NCBI GenBank assembly: GCA_965204375.1
Contig: OZ241986.1
Coordinates: 448,001-512,000, forward strand
Source: Candidatus Latescibacterota bacterium
GTDB taxonomy: Bacteria > Latescibacterota > UBA2968
Reading direction: 5' to 3'
DNA length: 64,000 bases
Below are positions 9,323 to 17,558 of the stretch, one piece after another; within the stretch, counting starts at the first letter, position 1, and the number at the start of each line of letters is the position of its first letter. A program made the translations under genes and the position numbers. The notes below the pieces were generated by a model. That model did not search any database and had not been told where the DNA came from. It worked only from the letters and a program-made list of their open reading frames with translations.

Positions 9323-10525
9323 ATGGGCATTCGTCTCGGCATAGTTGGTGTGGGGGCATTTGCGCAGGGTTTTATCCCTCTGTTCAATGCACATCCAGAT
9401 GTGGATCAGGTCGTTCTGTGCGATCTGGATGAGGAAAAACGCCAGAGTAATGCCGAAAAACACGGAATTATTCAGACTTCGCCGTCTCTCGATGATCTGT
9501 GTGATACCGATGTTGATGCTATCGCGCTTTTTACCCAGAATTGGTTGCACGGGCCGCAGGCAGCGCAAGCACTTCACGCGGGTAAACACGTCTATTCAGC
9601 CGTGCCACCGGGCATAGCTCTTGACGAACTTCGCGCTATTGCCGAAGCTGTCCGCGAGACGGGTAATATCTATATGCTGGGTGAAACGAGTTACTACTAT
9701 CCGGCAGTTATCTACTGTCGGCAGCGATTTCGCGAAGGCGCGTTTGGCGATGTTGTGTACGCCGAAGCTGAATATTATCACGACTGGGATCACGGTCTGT
9801 ACGCTGTTGCAAAGTGGCGTGGAGGGAAAAATTGGCGCGAAACCGCTGGCAAACCCCCTATGTTTTATCCCACCCATTCGACGAGTCAGATTCTCTCTAT
9901 CACGGGCACGCGTATGACCCACGTTTCATGCCATGGCTTTACAGATCGCCACGAGGATGGAATCTACGCATCAAATAAGTGGAATAATCCGTTCAGCAAT
10001 GAATCTGCGCTGTTCAAGCTGTCTGATGGCAGTACCGCGCGCATCAATGAATTTCGCCGTGTTGGACATCCGGGTACGGTGCGTATGACTATGTTTGGCA
10101 CACAGGGCAGCTTTGAACACAATGCCTCGGGTGCGGTCTGGCTCACAAAAGACCGATTTGAACGCGAATCTCTCGACGCGCAACTCACCTGCCGCGTAGC
10201 GGCAAGGCGCGTTGAGGGCGATATGGACAAGGTTACCGCAGACGATGGGACGCATCACTCTGTTGCTCCCGTTCATCCCGTTCACCGCTTGCCCGATGCA
10301 TTCAGAGGTTTGCCGAATGGTCACAATGGGTCACACCAGTTTCTCGTTGACGATTTTGTTCGCGCCTGTGTCTCGGACAAGACCCCGCCGAATAATATTT
10401 ACGAAGCTGCGCGCTACTTGATCCCCGGCCTCATTGCCCACGAATCAGCCCTCAAAGGCGGTGAATTGCTCGAGATTCCCGATTTGGGCGATCCGCCCAC
10501 GGATAATCGATTGGAGATTGCCTGA
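9323..10525 (+). CDS. Gfo/Idh/MocA family oxidoreductase
   Basis: GIVGVGAF Rossmann motif; HVYSAVP and YPTH variant motifs. Confidence 0.88.
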   Translation: MGIRLGIVGVGAFAQGFIPLFNAHPDVDQVVLCDLDEEKRQSNAEKHGIIQTSPSLDDLCDTDVDAIALFTQNWLHGPQAAQALHAGKHVYSAVPPGIALDELRAIAEAVRETGNIYMLGETSYYYPAVIYCRQRFREGAFGDVVYAEAEYYHDWDHGLYAVAKWRGGKNWRETAGKPPMFYPTHSTSQILSITGTRMTHVSCHGFTDRHEDGIYASNKWNNPFSNESALFKLSDGSTARINEFRRVGHPGTVRMTMFGTQGSFEHNASGAVWLTKDRFERESLDAQLTCRVAARRVEGDMDKVTADDGTHHSVAPVHPVHRLPDAFRGLPNGHNGSHQFLVDDFVRACVSDKTPPNNIYEAARYLIPGLIAHESALKGGELLEIPDLGDPPTDNRLEIA

Positions 10526-10574
10526 CCTGTATGTGCTCTCCCCACAAAATTGGCTTTTAACAAGGGAGTTGACT

Positions 10575-11312
10575 ATGTCTTATTTTTCCAACGAAGAAAA
10601 AGCCTTTTTTAAAAAAAATGGCTACGTTGTCAAACCCGACCTGATTGCACCAGAGCTACTCAAAAATGCGCGGGATGCCGTGTGGGAATATATCGAGGCC
10701 GATCGCGATGATCCTCAGACATGGATCAACGCGGGGCCAAAGGGCAATCTGCCGTGTAGCGACCATCCCGCAGTCGCGGCTATGAGGACAGATACACCGC
10801 TTTACGATATGGCTGAAGAACTCGCGGGCAAGGGGCGTCTTCGTACGCCAGGCAATGGGCTGTGTAAGATGATCTATCCTTGTGGTCATACAGATTGGCA
10901 GCCTCCGCGAGGGCATCTGGATGGGTATCTTATCGAAGGCGTGGCGGATACTTTTACCGTTGCCGTTACTATTAATATCAGCGATGTTTTGCCCCAGGGG
11001 GGCGGTTTTACCACATGGGCGGGGGCACACCTCAAGGTCGCCAGATATTTCCAGGCGCATGCTCTGACTAATTTGAGTGGTCTCAAAGTGCCCGGCTTTT
11101 TGCATCCCGATACGCGCTATGAACACGCCGCACCTGCGGGAACGGTTTGTTTTTGGCACCACTATATGTTGCATACAGCCAGCATGAATTGTCGGACAGA
11201 TATTCGCATGGCGCTTGTCAATCGCTTTGCTTTCAAAAACCTGAGTGATATCCTGTTTGACTTGCCCTTCGATTTGTGGAATCACTGGGAAGGCTTGCGC
11301 GATATCAACTGA
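10575..11312 (+). CDS. Phytanoyl-CoA dioxygenase (PhyH) family 2OG-Fe(II) protein
   Basis: FKKNGYVV, HLD facial triad, H.AS.N...R; GGGAG RBS before ATG 10575. Confidence 0.85.
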   Translation: MSYFSNEEKAFFKKNGYVVKPDLIAPELLKNARDAVWEYIEADRDDPQTWINAGPKGNLPCSDHPAVAAMRTDTPLYDMAEELAGKGRLRTPGNGLCKMIYPCGHTDWQPPRGHLDGYLIEGVADTFTVAVTINISDVLPQGGGFTTWAGAHLKVARYFQAHALTNLSGLKVPGFLHPDTRYEHAAPAGTVCFWHHYMLHTASMNCRTDIRMALVNRFAFKNLSDILFDLPFDLWNHWEGLRDIN

Positions 11313-11325
11313 AAGGACGCTGTTT

Positions 11326-12297
11326 ATGGCACGAATGAAACGACTTGAAAAGCTCGACGGCTTCGCCAATGTGCAGATGGTCGAAGTCGAACAGCCAGAA
11401 CCCGGTCCCGATCAGATGCTGATCGAGGTCAAGCGCAGCCTGATCAGCAGGGGGTCGGAGCTATTTTGGCGATACGTCCGGGAAGAGGCGGTAAGTCCCG
11501 AAATGATGGGGTATTCCGACGCGGGTGAGGTCGTGGGGGTGGGGGCCAATATCCAGGGCTTCGCAGTTGGAGAGCGTGTCATGGCGAACACTCCGCACGC
11601 TCAGTACGTCATCGCGGGCGAAACCGATAGAACTCGGCAGGCCTTTCCCCTTCCGGACGAACTCAGCTATGAGACCGCGACCTTTCTCCCACTCGCGACC
11701 AGTTCTGTGATGTGGATGCGCACTTCGCCAATAGAACCTGGGCAGACCGTTGTCGTGCTCGGTCAGGGGATCGTCGGTGCCCTATGCGCGCAGATCGTCT
11801 GGGAACGCGATCCCGGGTGTGTGATCGTCGTCGATGCACAGCCTCTCCGATGCGATATCGCGCGGAAACTGGGGCACGAAAATGTAATCAATGTCTCCCA
11901 GACCGACTCCGTGGTAGCGGTGAAGGAACTCACAGATGGTAAGGGTGCCGATCTCGTCGTCGAGTGCGTCGGTGGCTACGCGGGCATCCAGTCCTTCGAA
12001 CAAGCTCAGAAGATGCTCGCACCCAGGGGAACAATTCACCTCATCGCGAAGTATCAAGGTGCGCCATTGCCCCTGGAAGGGGATGCCTTCATGAACAAGC
12101 AGATCATCGCGGGTATCCGCATCGATACACCCAGAGAGGTGTGTATGCGGGATGCAGCCCAGATGCTGATCGACGGACGGATCAAAGTCGCCGAACTGAT
12201 TACCCACAGACTCCCCTGGGAACAAACTCCGGATGCGTATCACCTGCTCTATCACAAGCCGGACGAAGCACTCGGCGTCATTCTTGAGTGGGATTGA
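11326..12297 (+). CDS. MDR-family dehydrogenase lacking catalytic Zn Cys (ISRGSE/MGYS type)
   Basis: SLISRGSE, MGYSDAG, GQGIVG and LITHR motifs. Confidence 0.85.
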   Translation: MARMKRLEKLDGFANVQMVEVEQPEPGPDQMLIEVKRSLISRGSELFWRYVREEAVSPEMMGYSDAGEVVGVGANIQGFAVGERVMANTPHAQYVIAGETDRTRQAFPLPDELSYETATFLPLATSSVMWMRTSPIEPGQTVVVLGQGIVGALCAQIVWERDPGCVIVVDAQPLRCDIARKLGHENVINVSQTDSVVAVKELTDGKGADLVVECVGGYAGIQSFEQAQKMLAPRGTIHLIAKYQGAPLPLEGDAFMNKQIIAGIRIDTPREVCMRDAAQMLIDGRIKVAELITHRLPWEQTPDAYHLLYHKPDEALGVILEWD

Positions 12298-12320
12298 TTG
12301 GAATCAGGAGATGAGACGCT

Positions 12321-13508
12321 ATGAAGAAACTTCGACTGGCTGTTGTGGGGTGTGGTGCTTATGAAAGTTCCCGCGCCCGCGGATATATCGCGACGATGGT
12401 CAAGCTGACCGATCTCTATGATTTGTGCGCGATCTGCGATCACAGCGAGCAGTCGCTACGGGTTGTTGGCGAGCGTTTTGGCGTTGACGCGCGATATACC
12501 GATTTTGAAGCGATGCTCGATGGGGAAAAGCCAGATGTGGTTTTTATACTCGTTCCTACCGATGGTCAGGCGGTCATGGCTTTGACGGCTGTTGAGCGCG
12601 GTTGTCATATTATCACGGAGATTCCGTATGCCCACACGCTGGCAATTGGCGATGCAATCGATCAGGCATGCAGGGATAGAGGGGTGGTCTGGGAGGTCGC
12701 TGAAAATGTCTGGCTCTGGCCCCAGGAACAATTAAAGCAAAAGATCGTTAGAGAAGGATTGCTTGGAAAACTGACACATGCGCGTTTGTGGTACACTTCT
12801 GGAAGCTATCACGGGATCAACGGGGTCAGGATGATTCTCGACAAGGCCGCGACCCGTGCTCTGGGCTATGCACAATCGGTGGAGGTGTTGCCATATAGCA
12901 ATTATGGTGGGGTGCAGGAAACGACCCGTTGGTGGGAGAGTGCTGTTGTCGAGTTCGAAGATGACATTGTTTGTTTATACGAAATGTCGCCAGCCGGTGC
13001 GCGGGGGAACTGTTGGGATATCGAAGGGGTGGAGGGGCATCTTTCGGGGAATGAGCTGGTGCTTTATGGAGGCGATTCCTACCCAATTCGGGAGACATTC
13101 GAGGAGATTGACGGAGAGCAAATTCTTTCGTCTGTTTGCGTGGATACTGATCCACCGGTTGTCTGGGAGAATCCATTCAAGTACCAGAAGGTCTCCCATG
13201 CGGACGATGTGGCAAAAGCCGCGATTCTCAATAGCCTTCACAGAGCTGTGACAGAGGGGGCAGAGCCGCAATACAGTCCAGCCAATGCCCGCAGGGATCT
13301 GGAGATCTGGATTGCGATTCGCGAGAGTGCGAATAGGGGAAGTGTCTGGGTCGATCTTCCGCTGACTGAAGAGACAGATCTCGAGCGGCACTTTGAAGCC
13401 GAATATATTCGTCAGTACGGCGGCCATCCCGTTACAGACCGCAAGCGTCTGTTAAATGCCCCTTTCCAGCGCCTCAGTCCGCTGTGGACCGTGGCTGGTT
13501 GGTTGTGA
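12321..13508 (+). CDS. Gfo/Idh/MocA family oxidoreductase
   Basis: AVVGCGA Rossmann motif, TEIP, VAEN, SYH. Confidence 0.85.
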   Translation: MKKLRLAVVGCGAYESSRARGYIATMVKLTDLYDLCAICDHSEQSLRVVGERFGVDARYTDFEAMLDGEKPDVVFILVPTDGQAVMALTAVERGCHIITEIPYAHTLAIGDAIDQACRDRGVVWEVAENVWLWPQEQLKQKIVREGLLGKLTHARLWYTSGSYHGINGVRMILDKAATRALGYAQSVEVLPYSNYGGVQETTRWWESAVVEFEDDIVCLYEMSPAGARGNCWDIEGVEGHLSGNELVLYGGDSYPIRETFEEIDGEQILSSVCVDTDPPVVWENPFKYQKVSHADDVAKAAILNSLHRAVTEGAEPQYSPANARRDLEIWIAIRESANRGSVWVDLPLTEETDLERHFEAEYIRQYGGHPVTDRKRLLNAPFQRLSPLWTVAGWL

Positions 13509-13536
13509 TATGAATTACTCAGATTGGAGAGATAAG

Positions 13537-14202
13537 ATGCGTTTTTTAACGGTCCTTTTGTCGATGATTATTGTTTCAGCTCAAATCGTTCAGGCGCAAC
13601 CGGCAGATGTAAAAAGTCATGTTGCAGTGCTTAAAGGCAAGACGTTCTGGATCAAAATCGATTTTGTAGAGGTGAATGACGGGATTCGAGGTATTGATGC
13701 GGCAAATGTTCTGGAGAATGGCGAGGTTTCATACCGCGCTACAATAGGCGGTTTTCGCCAGTCCCAATCTCAGTCAGCAGAGGATTTTGCCGAAGAGGTC
13801 CGGAATATCATTATAAGAGATGATCTTGCAGGGTGGAGTGTGCGGGTGATCCAAAGGGGCGCGAAAGTTCAAATCCGAAAAGCTGAGGCAAGGGAGAAAG
13901 AGGTCTATATTGAACTCGATAGACTGTCAGGTGCTCGCCATGCCGTTCGCCTCAAGGTCAATAGAGATAAGTACACGATTCCCGAGGTTGAACGTCTTTT
14001 CAATATCGCCTTTGCTGCGAGCGAAGCGGAATTAGAAGGTGCAGAAGATACCGTTTTGCTCAAAATGAATATGTCCATTGAAGAAGTGATCGCCCTGAAA
14101 GGCAAACCCAAAACGCGCGTTGTGCTCGGCTCCAAAACCGTTCTCACGTACGACGACTTGAAACTGATATTCAAAGATGGGAAATTGGTTGATGCGGAGT
14201 AA
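13537..14202 (+). CDS. Secreted hypothetical protein with C-terminal SmpA/BamE-like motif
   Basis: Signal peptide (AQIVQA); C-terminal MSIEEVIALKGKP...LIFKDGKLV. Confidence 0.7.
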   Translation: MRFLTVLLSMIIVSAQIVQAQPADVKSHVAVLKGKTFWIKIDFVEVNDGIRGIDAANVLENGEVSYRATIGGFRQSQSQSAEDFAEEVRNIIIRDDLAGWSVRVIQRGAKVQIRKAEAREKEVYIELDRLSGARHAVRLKVNRDKYTIPEVERLFNIAFAASEAELEGAEDTVLLKMNMSIEEVIALKGKPKTRVVLGSKTVLTYDDLKLIFKDGKLVDAE

Positions 14203-14281
14203 AGAGTGGAGTAGCATGTGAAAGCCCGAGATGGGTTCTAAAATTTCATGGCGATAGATGTCCGATGACAACAGATTATTT

Positions 14282-14308
14282 GAAACCCCGGTCTTCCGGG
14301 GTTTTTTC
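14282..14308 (+). terminator. Intrinsic terminator
   Basis: gaaaccccgg-tctt-ccggggtttttt hairpin with T-tract. Confidence 0.8.
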
Positions 14309-14353
14309 ATGCCTGATAGAGGGCGTATGAAATATCTCAGACCTATTTCATCT

Positions 14354-14444
14354 GATCTCATCACCTCTGCCTTTGTGTAAGCCACCAAACTCACCACCCA
14401 TCATTATCCCTTCTCAGACATCGCCGAAGCCCTCCGTACTGCGG
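14354..14444 (+). pseudogene. Degenerate copy of the 3' end of the dehydrogenase gene at 8285-9310
   Basis: Translates DLITSAFV*ATKLTTHHYPFSDIAEALRTA versus DLITSGRVQATKLVTHRYPFSDIAEAFHTA at 9176-9266. Confidence 0.85.
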
Positions 14445-14608
14445 AAAAAAATTTAAGGACAGAAAACCCTTGACTTAAACCTTTGAGACCTTTATTTTAA
14501 TGTAGTGCATTGGGGTATTATTTTGGATATATTTTTTCCATATAATGTATATTTTGGAAAAAATTCTTGTGTTTTGAACAGAAAACTGCTATATTTTTTG
14601 AAAATGGA

Positions 14609-14748
14609 GTGGCTCAGGCAAGTTAAGGCCAAAGACGTTGAGAGACAAATTTTCTTTTTCAAGCCAGGACTGCTGGTAAGAGCAGCAGTCCTGGCGATCC
14701 GAAAGGAGGCATAAACCGTCAATTATACGACAGGCGACCTGAAGCCAC
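14609..14748 (+). ncRNA. Candidate structured RNA / leader (family unknown)
   Basis: Perfect 13-bp stem 14663-14695, tcc-GAAA-gga hairpin, closing helix gtggctcagg/cctgaagccac. Confidence 0.35.
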
Positions 14749-14806
14749 AGAGCGAGTACAGGCACGTATCGTATATAACCAATACCATCCTGTCGGAGGA
14801 TCGAAC

Positions 14807-14968
14807 ATGGATATATTTAAAACGGCAGAAGAGCTGTACGACGATTATCGCTATCCCTATGGCGATAGCGATACGGCGTGGGAAAAAGCAAAAGATGACG
14901 CCGCGAAGATAGTCCAACGCCAGAGAAGAGACGAGGATCGACAAAGCGATTGGAATAGTCGCAAATAA
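14807..14968 (+). CDS. Small charged hypothetical protein, 53 aa (MDIFKTAEELYDDY...WNSRK), missing from the ORF track
   Basis: GGAGGA RBS before ATG 14807; protein-like composition; hairpin follows the stop. Confidence 0.6.
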   Translation: MDIFKTAEELYDDYRYPYGDSDTAWEKAKDDAAKIVQRQRRDEDRQSDWNSRK

Positions 14969-14984
14969 TATTGCCACTCTCACA

Positions 14985-15021
14985 ATAGCGAGAGCATATA
15001 ATAACTATAAGCTCTCGCTAT
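14985..15021 (+). terminator. Hairpin (terminator or processing signal)
   Basis: atagcgagagc / gctctcgctat perfect 11-bp inverted repeat. Confidence 0.5.
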
Positions 15022-15073
15022 ATTTATACCAAAAAATTAACCGATTCGCAACCAAGATTTTAGGAATAATGTT

Positions 15074-15322
15074 ATGAATCAGCCAGATTATATCATCAAA
15101 GATACGGATGTAGAAGTTGTCACACCTGAAGATGTAGAGCCATTTATTGTTCTTTCTGTAGAATGCGAGATAAATCCTCTTTCTCTACCAATAGTTGCAA
15201 CATTGTTTCCAGAACTAGTGGCTTCAGGAGACCAGGCGAAAATGTCATTGTCCCCCATCGGCGCTCATGATCTTGCCCAGAAGCTTCTGGCTGCGGTTGA
15301 GATGTTGAGCCAGCAGAAGTAA
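15074..15322 (+). CDS. Small acidic hypothetical protein, 82 aa
   Basis: TAGGA RBS; C-terminal amphipathic helix MSLSPIGAHDLAQKLL. Confidence 0.6.
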   Translation: MNQPDYIIKDTDVEVVTPEDVEPFIVLSVECEINPLSLPIVATLFPELVASGDQAKMSLSPIGAHDLAQKLLAAVEMLSQQK

Positions 15323-15389
15323 ATTCAGTATCCATTTGATACCTCCGTATTTAGCAAGAAGCGATTAGGCATTGGTATGTAAGCCTTGT

Positions 15390-15446
15390 AAAGCAGGCAT
15401 GTTTAAGCGAATCATCAACGCGCTCCATAGCCTGCTTTTTCTTTTT
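15390..15446 (+). terminator. Terminator-like hairpin
   Basis: aagcaggc-atg ... cat-a-gcctgctt followed by T-tracts. Confidence 0.5.
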
Positions 15447-15471
15447 ATTCAGTCTGAATGTGCAACTGTTC

Positions 15472-15556
15472 TGGACTTGACCCGTTTCAGTGAGTACCTT
15501 ATCAATAGTTAGAAAGGAGACCTACTATGTCGCCGTCGCTGTTTCCGTACGCATAA
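15472..15556 (+). mobile_element. Possible IS3-family left-end remnant (inverted-repeat-like sequence + RBS + aborted orfA)
   Basis: TGGACTTGACCCGTTTCAGTGAGTAC resembles IS3 terminal repeats; strong AGAAAGGAG RBS leads to only a 9-aa ORF. Confidence 0.35.
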
Positions 15557-15559
15557 TGA

Positions 15560-16600
15560 ATGAAGGAAGTGCAAGACATGAAAATAGAACCTATGAAGAT
15601 GATAGATGATATAACAATTTCAGAGCGAGTAAAAAAAATTCAAGATATCCTCACACAGGAAGGCATTTCATCCAGACCAAGCCATATCGCTAAAATTCTG
15701 GACATCGCTCCATCCTCATTTTCTCGTTGGATGAACAACGAAGCAACGCCCAGGGGTAAGCAAAAAGAAAAAGTAGATTTGCTATATCGGATAGTCTGCG
15801 AAGTAGAACATGGAAATACTCAAGCAAAGGAAATTTTGCATAAACTGGCTGCTGGTGTTTCTTCCGGTACATTGGGTGCCCCCCTGCTAAGTCTTGGCAT
15901 AAATGGGGTCCTATTTGCTGCCGGCTTGGGGTGGCTTCTTACAGACAGAGATTCCATACATAGACTACTTGACAAAGCAACGCCAAAGGAACGTCGTGCT
16001 TTGGCAGAGATACTGGAGGCTGAGAGCCCCCACCCTGAACATATCGTGGAGGCGTTTCAGTGGAATTGTCAATCCATTTTCGGCTATCTTACAGGAAGTG
16101 AATCTACCTATTCTCAAATCGTTCAGCAAGTGGCAGAGAAGCTCGATATTAATCCCCTCGGTATGATGGTCGAAGAGCTCGAGGTTGAAATCGTACGCAA
16201 GGTATTAAAGACAGCTTGGGAGAAGATGTCGTCAGAAGAAAGAAAAAAAATAGAAGCCGAGTTGCGACGAACAGCCCAAAAGTTTGACAAAGGTGGGGCA
16301 CTGGCTGGCAGCGCGAGTATCTTTGCTGCCTTGACAGGCGCGCAACTATCCGGATTTGGCATCTACTTGGCCGCTTCCACTGCACTGGGCACCTTAACAG
16401 GTGTTATAGGCGTTACACTACCATTTGCAGCTTACACCACAATGTCGGGGGCGATCGCTGTAATTATTGGTCCTGTCGGCTGGATCGGCGCTGGATTGTT
16501 CGCAATTTGGAAACTCACCGGCGCGAATTACGAGCGATTGGTTCCTGCAATCCTTTATGTGTCCGCACTGCGGGCAAAGCAACAGGGCAATTTTTCTTGA
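15560..16600 (+). CDS. XRE-type HTH domain fused to a YaaW/UPF0174-like domain
   Basis: N-terminal IAKILDIAPSSFSRWMNNEATP HTH; C-terminal TYSQIVQQVAEKL, AWEKMSSEER, GPVGW, LVPAILYVSALR; start may be 15578. Confidence 0.8.
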   Translation: MKEVQDMKIEPMKMIDDITISERVKKIQDILTQEGISSRPSHIAKILDIAPSSFSRWMNNEATPRGKQKEKVDLLYRIVCEVEHGNTQAKEILHKLAAGVSSGTLGAPLLSLGINGVLFAAGLGWLLTDRDSIHRLLDKATPKERRALAEILEAESPHPEHIVEAFQWNCQSIFGYLTGSESTYSQIVQQVAEKLDINPLGMMVEELEVEIVRKVLKTAWEKMSSEERKKIEAELRRTAQKFDKGGALAGSASIFAALTGAQLSGFGIYLAASTALGTLTGVIGVTLPFAAYTTMSGAIAVIIGPVGWIGAGLFAIWKLTGANYERLVPAILYVSALRAKQQGNFS

Positions 16601-16683
16601 CCGAAATTCCCATAACTTCCATTTTATGGAAAGCAAACATCAGTCACGCAGAGCATAATGTCAATAATCCTGATTCTGAGAAT

Positions 16684-16734
16684 GTGTACAGCCTCACACC
16701 AGAGGAGACTGCTATTGTTGAGGGCAAAAAATGA
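16684..16734 (+). pseudogene. Remnant resembling the extreme C-terminus of a type IIG/Eco57I-like restriction-modification enzyme
   Basis: VYSLTPEETAIVEGKK* matches the LYxLTxEEIxIVE terminal motif; stop overlaps the FRG start (ATGA). Confidence 0.55.
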
Positions 16735-17525
16735 TGAATGAGAAAGAGTCTCGCCGCGTTAAAACCCTGACTGGTTTTATGAAATGGGCAGAACAATTCA
16801 ACGATGGACAATATTTGTTTCGAGGTGTCACAAGAGACGATTATCAAATAGAAGCATCCACTTACCGTCGCTTGCAAAATGAGGAGGATAGAACTCCTGC
16901 TAACTTGCTGAAACTCAATCAAAAACTGATAGAAGATGCTCGTCTTATGGGACACGATCAGAAAGATGGACAACAACTATCCGATCTGGATTTGCTTGCA
17001 GAACTTCAGCACTTTGGGGCAGCCACCTGTCTGATTGACTTTACACGCGATGCTCGGATCGCGCTGTGGTTTGCTTGTCAACAAAGCTCCAAAAGCTCCA
17101 AAAGACCAGCAAATGGTAAAGTATTCGCTGTGCGTATCGATGACTCTACACGCTTCAGAAAAATTGATACCACATTGATAAAAAAAGATATTGATCACTT
17201 TTTAGCACAGGATACAAAAGACTTTTCTGCACAGGGTCCAGAAGACCTTTTCGCACAGGATGAATATTTGTATCAATGGCAACCCAAGCATCAGAATAAC
17301 CGCATTGTCGCACAAAAATCGGTTTTTGTATTTGGTAGTATTGAGATTGAAACAGAGGCCGCATGTGTGATTATAGAAAGTGCCAAGCCAAAAATCCTGA
17401 AATCTCTGGATAAATTATCAGGTATTATTGAAGCCAGTATGTTTCCCGACTTTGACGGCTTTGCTCGCCTTCATGCACAGAATAAGCCATACATTGGGTC
17501 TGACATTCCAGGTGAGCCACAATGA
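16731..17525 (+). CDS. FRG domain-containing protein
   Basis: YLFRGV, LQHFGAATCLIDFT, ALWFAC, NNRIVAQKSVF and MFPDFDG motifs. Confidence 0.92.
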   Translation: MMNEKESRRVKTLTGFMKWAEQFNDGQYLFRGVTRDDYQIEASTYRRLQNEEDRTPANLLKLNQKLIEDARLMGHDQKDGQQLSDLDLLAELQHFGAATCLIDFTRDARIALWFACQQSSKSSKRPANGKVFAVRIDDSTRFRKIDTTLIKKDIDHFLAQDTKDFSAQGPEDLFAQDEYLYQWQPKHQNNRIVAQKSVFVFGSIEIETEAACVIIESAKPKILKSLDKLSGIIEASMFPDFDGFARLHAQNKPYIGSDIPGEPQ

Positions 17526-17558
17526 GAACGAGGTACTGTATCCCAATAGGAGAAAAGA

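Noticed and set aside
14605-14680. tRNA-like start GGAGTGGCTCAG...GTTAAGGC
   Set aside because: No anticodon stem, TTCGA T-loop or acceptor pairing
14723-14983. Hydrophobic 86-aa minus-strand ORF as a type I toxin
   Set aside because: Mirror of the charged plus-strand ORF 14807-14968, which has the clear RBS
15218-15228. 11-nt exact complement (gtggcttcagg) of 14738-14748 suggesting an sRNA target
   Set aside because: A single 11-mer match within about 1 kb is not unexpected by chance
17523-17549. Selenocysteine readthrough at the FRG TGA
   Set aside because: A second in-frame stop (TAG) follows, no SECIS-like hairpin is evident, and the TPR gene has its own RBS
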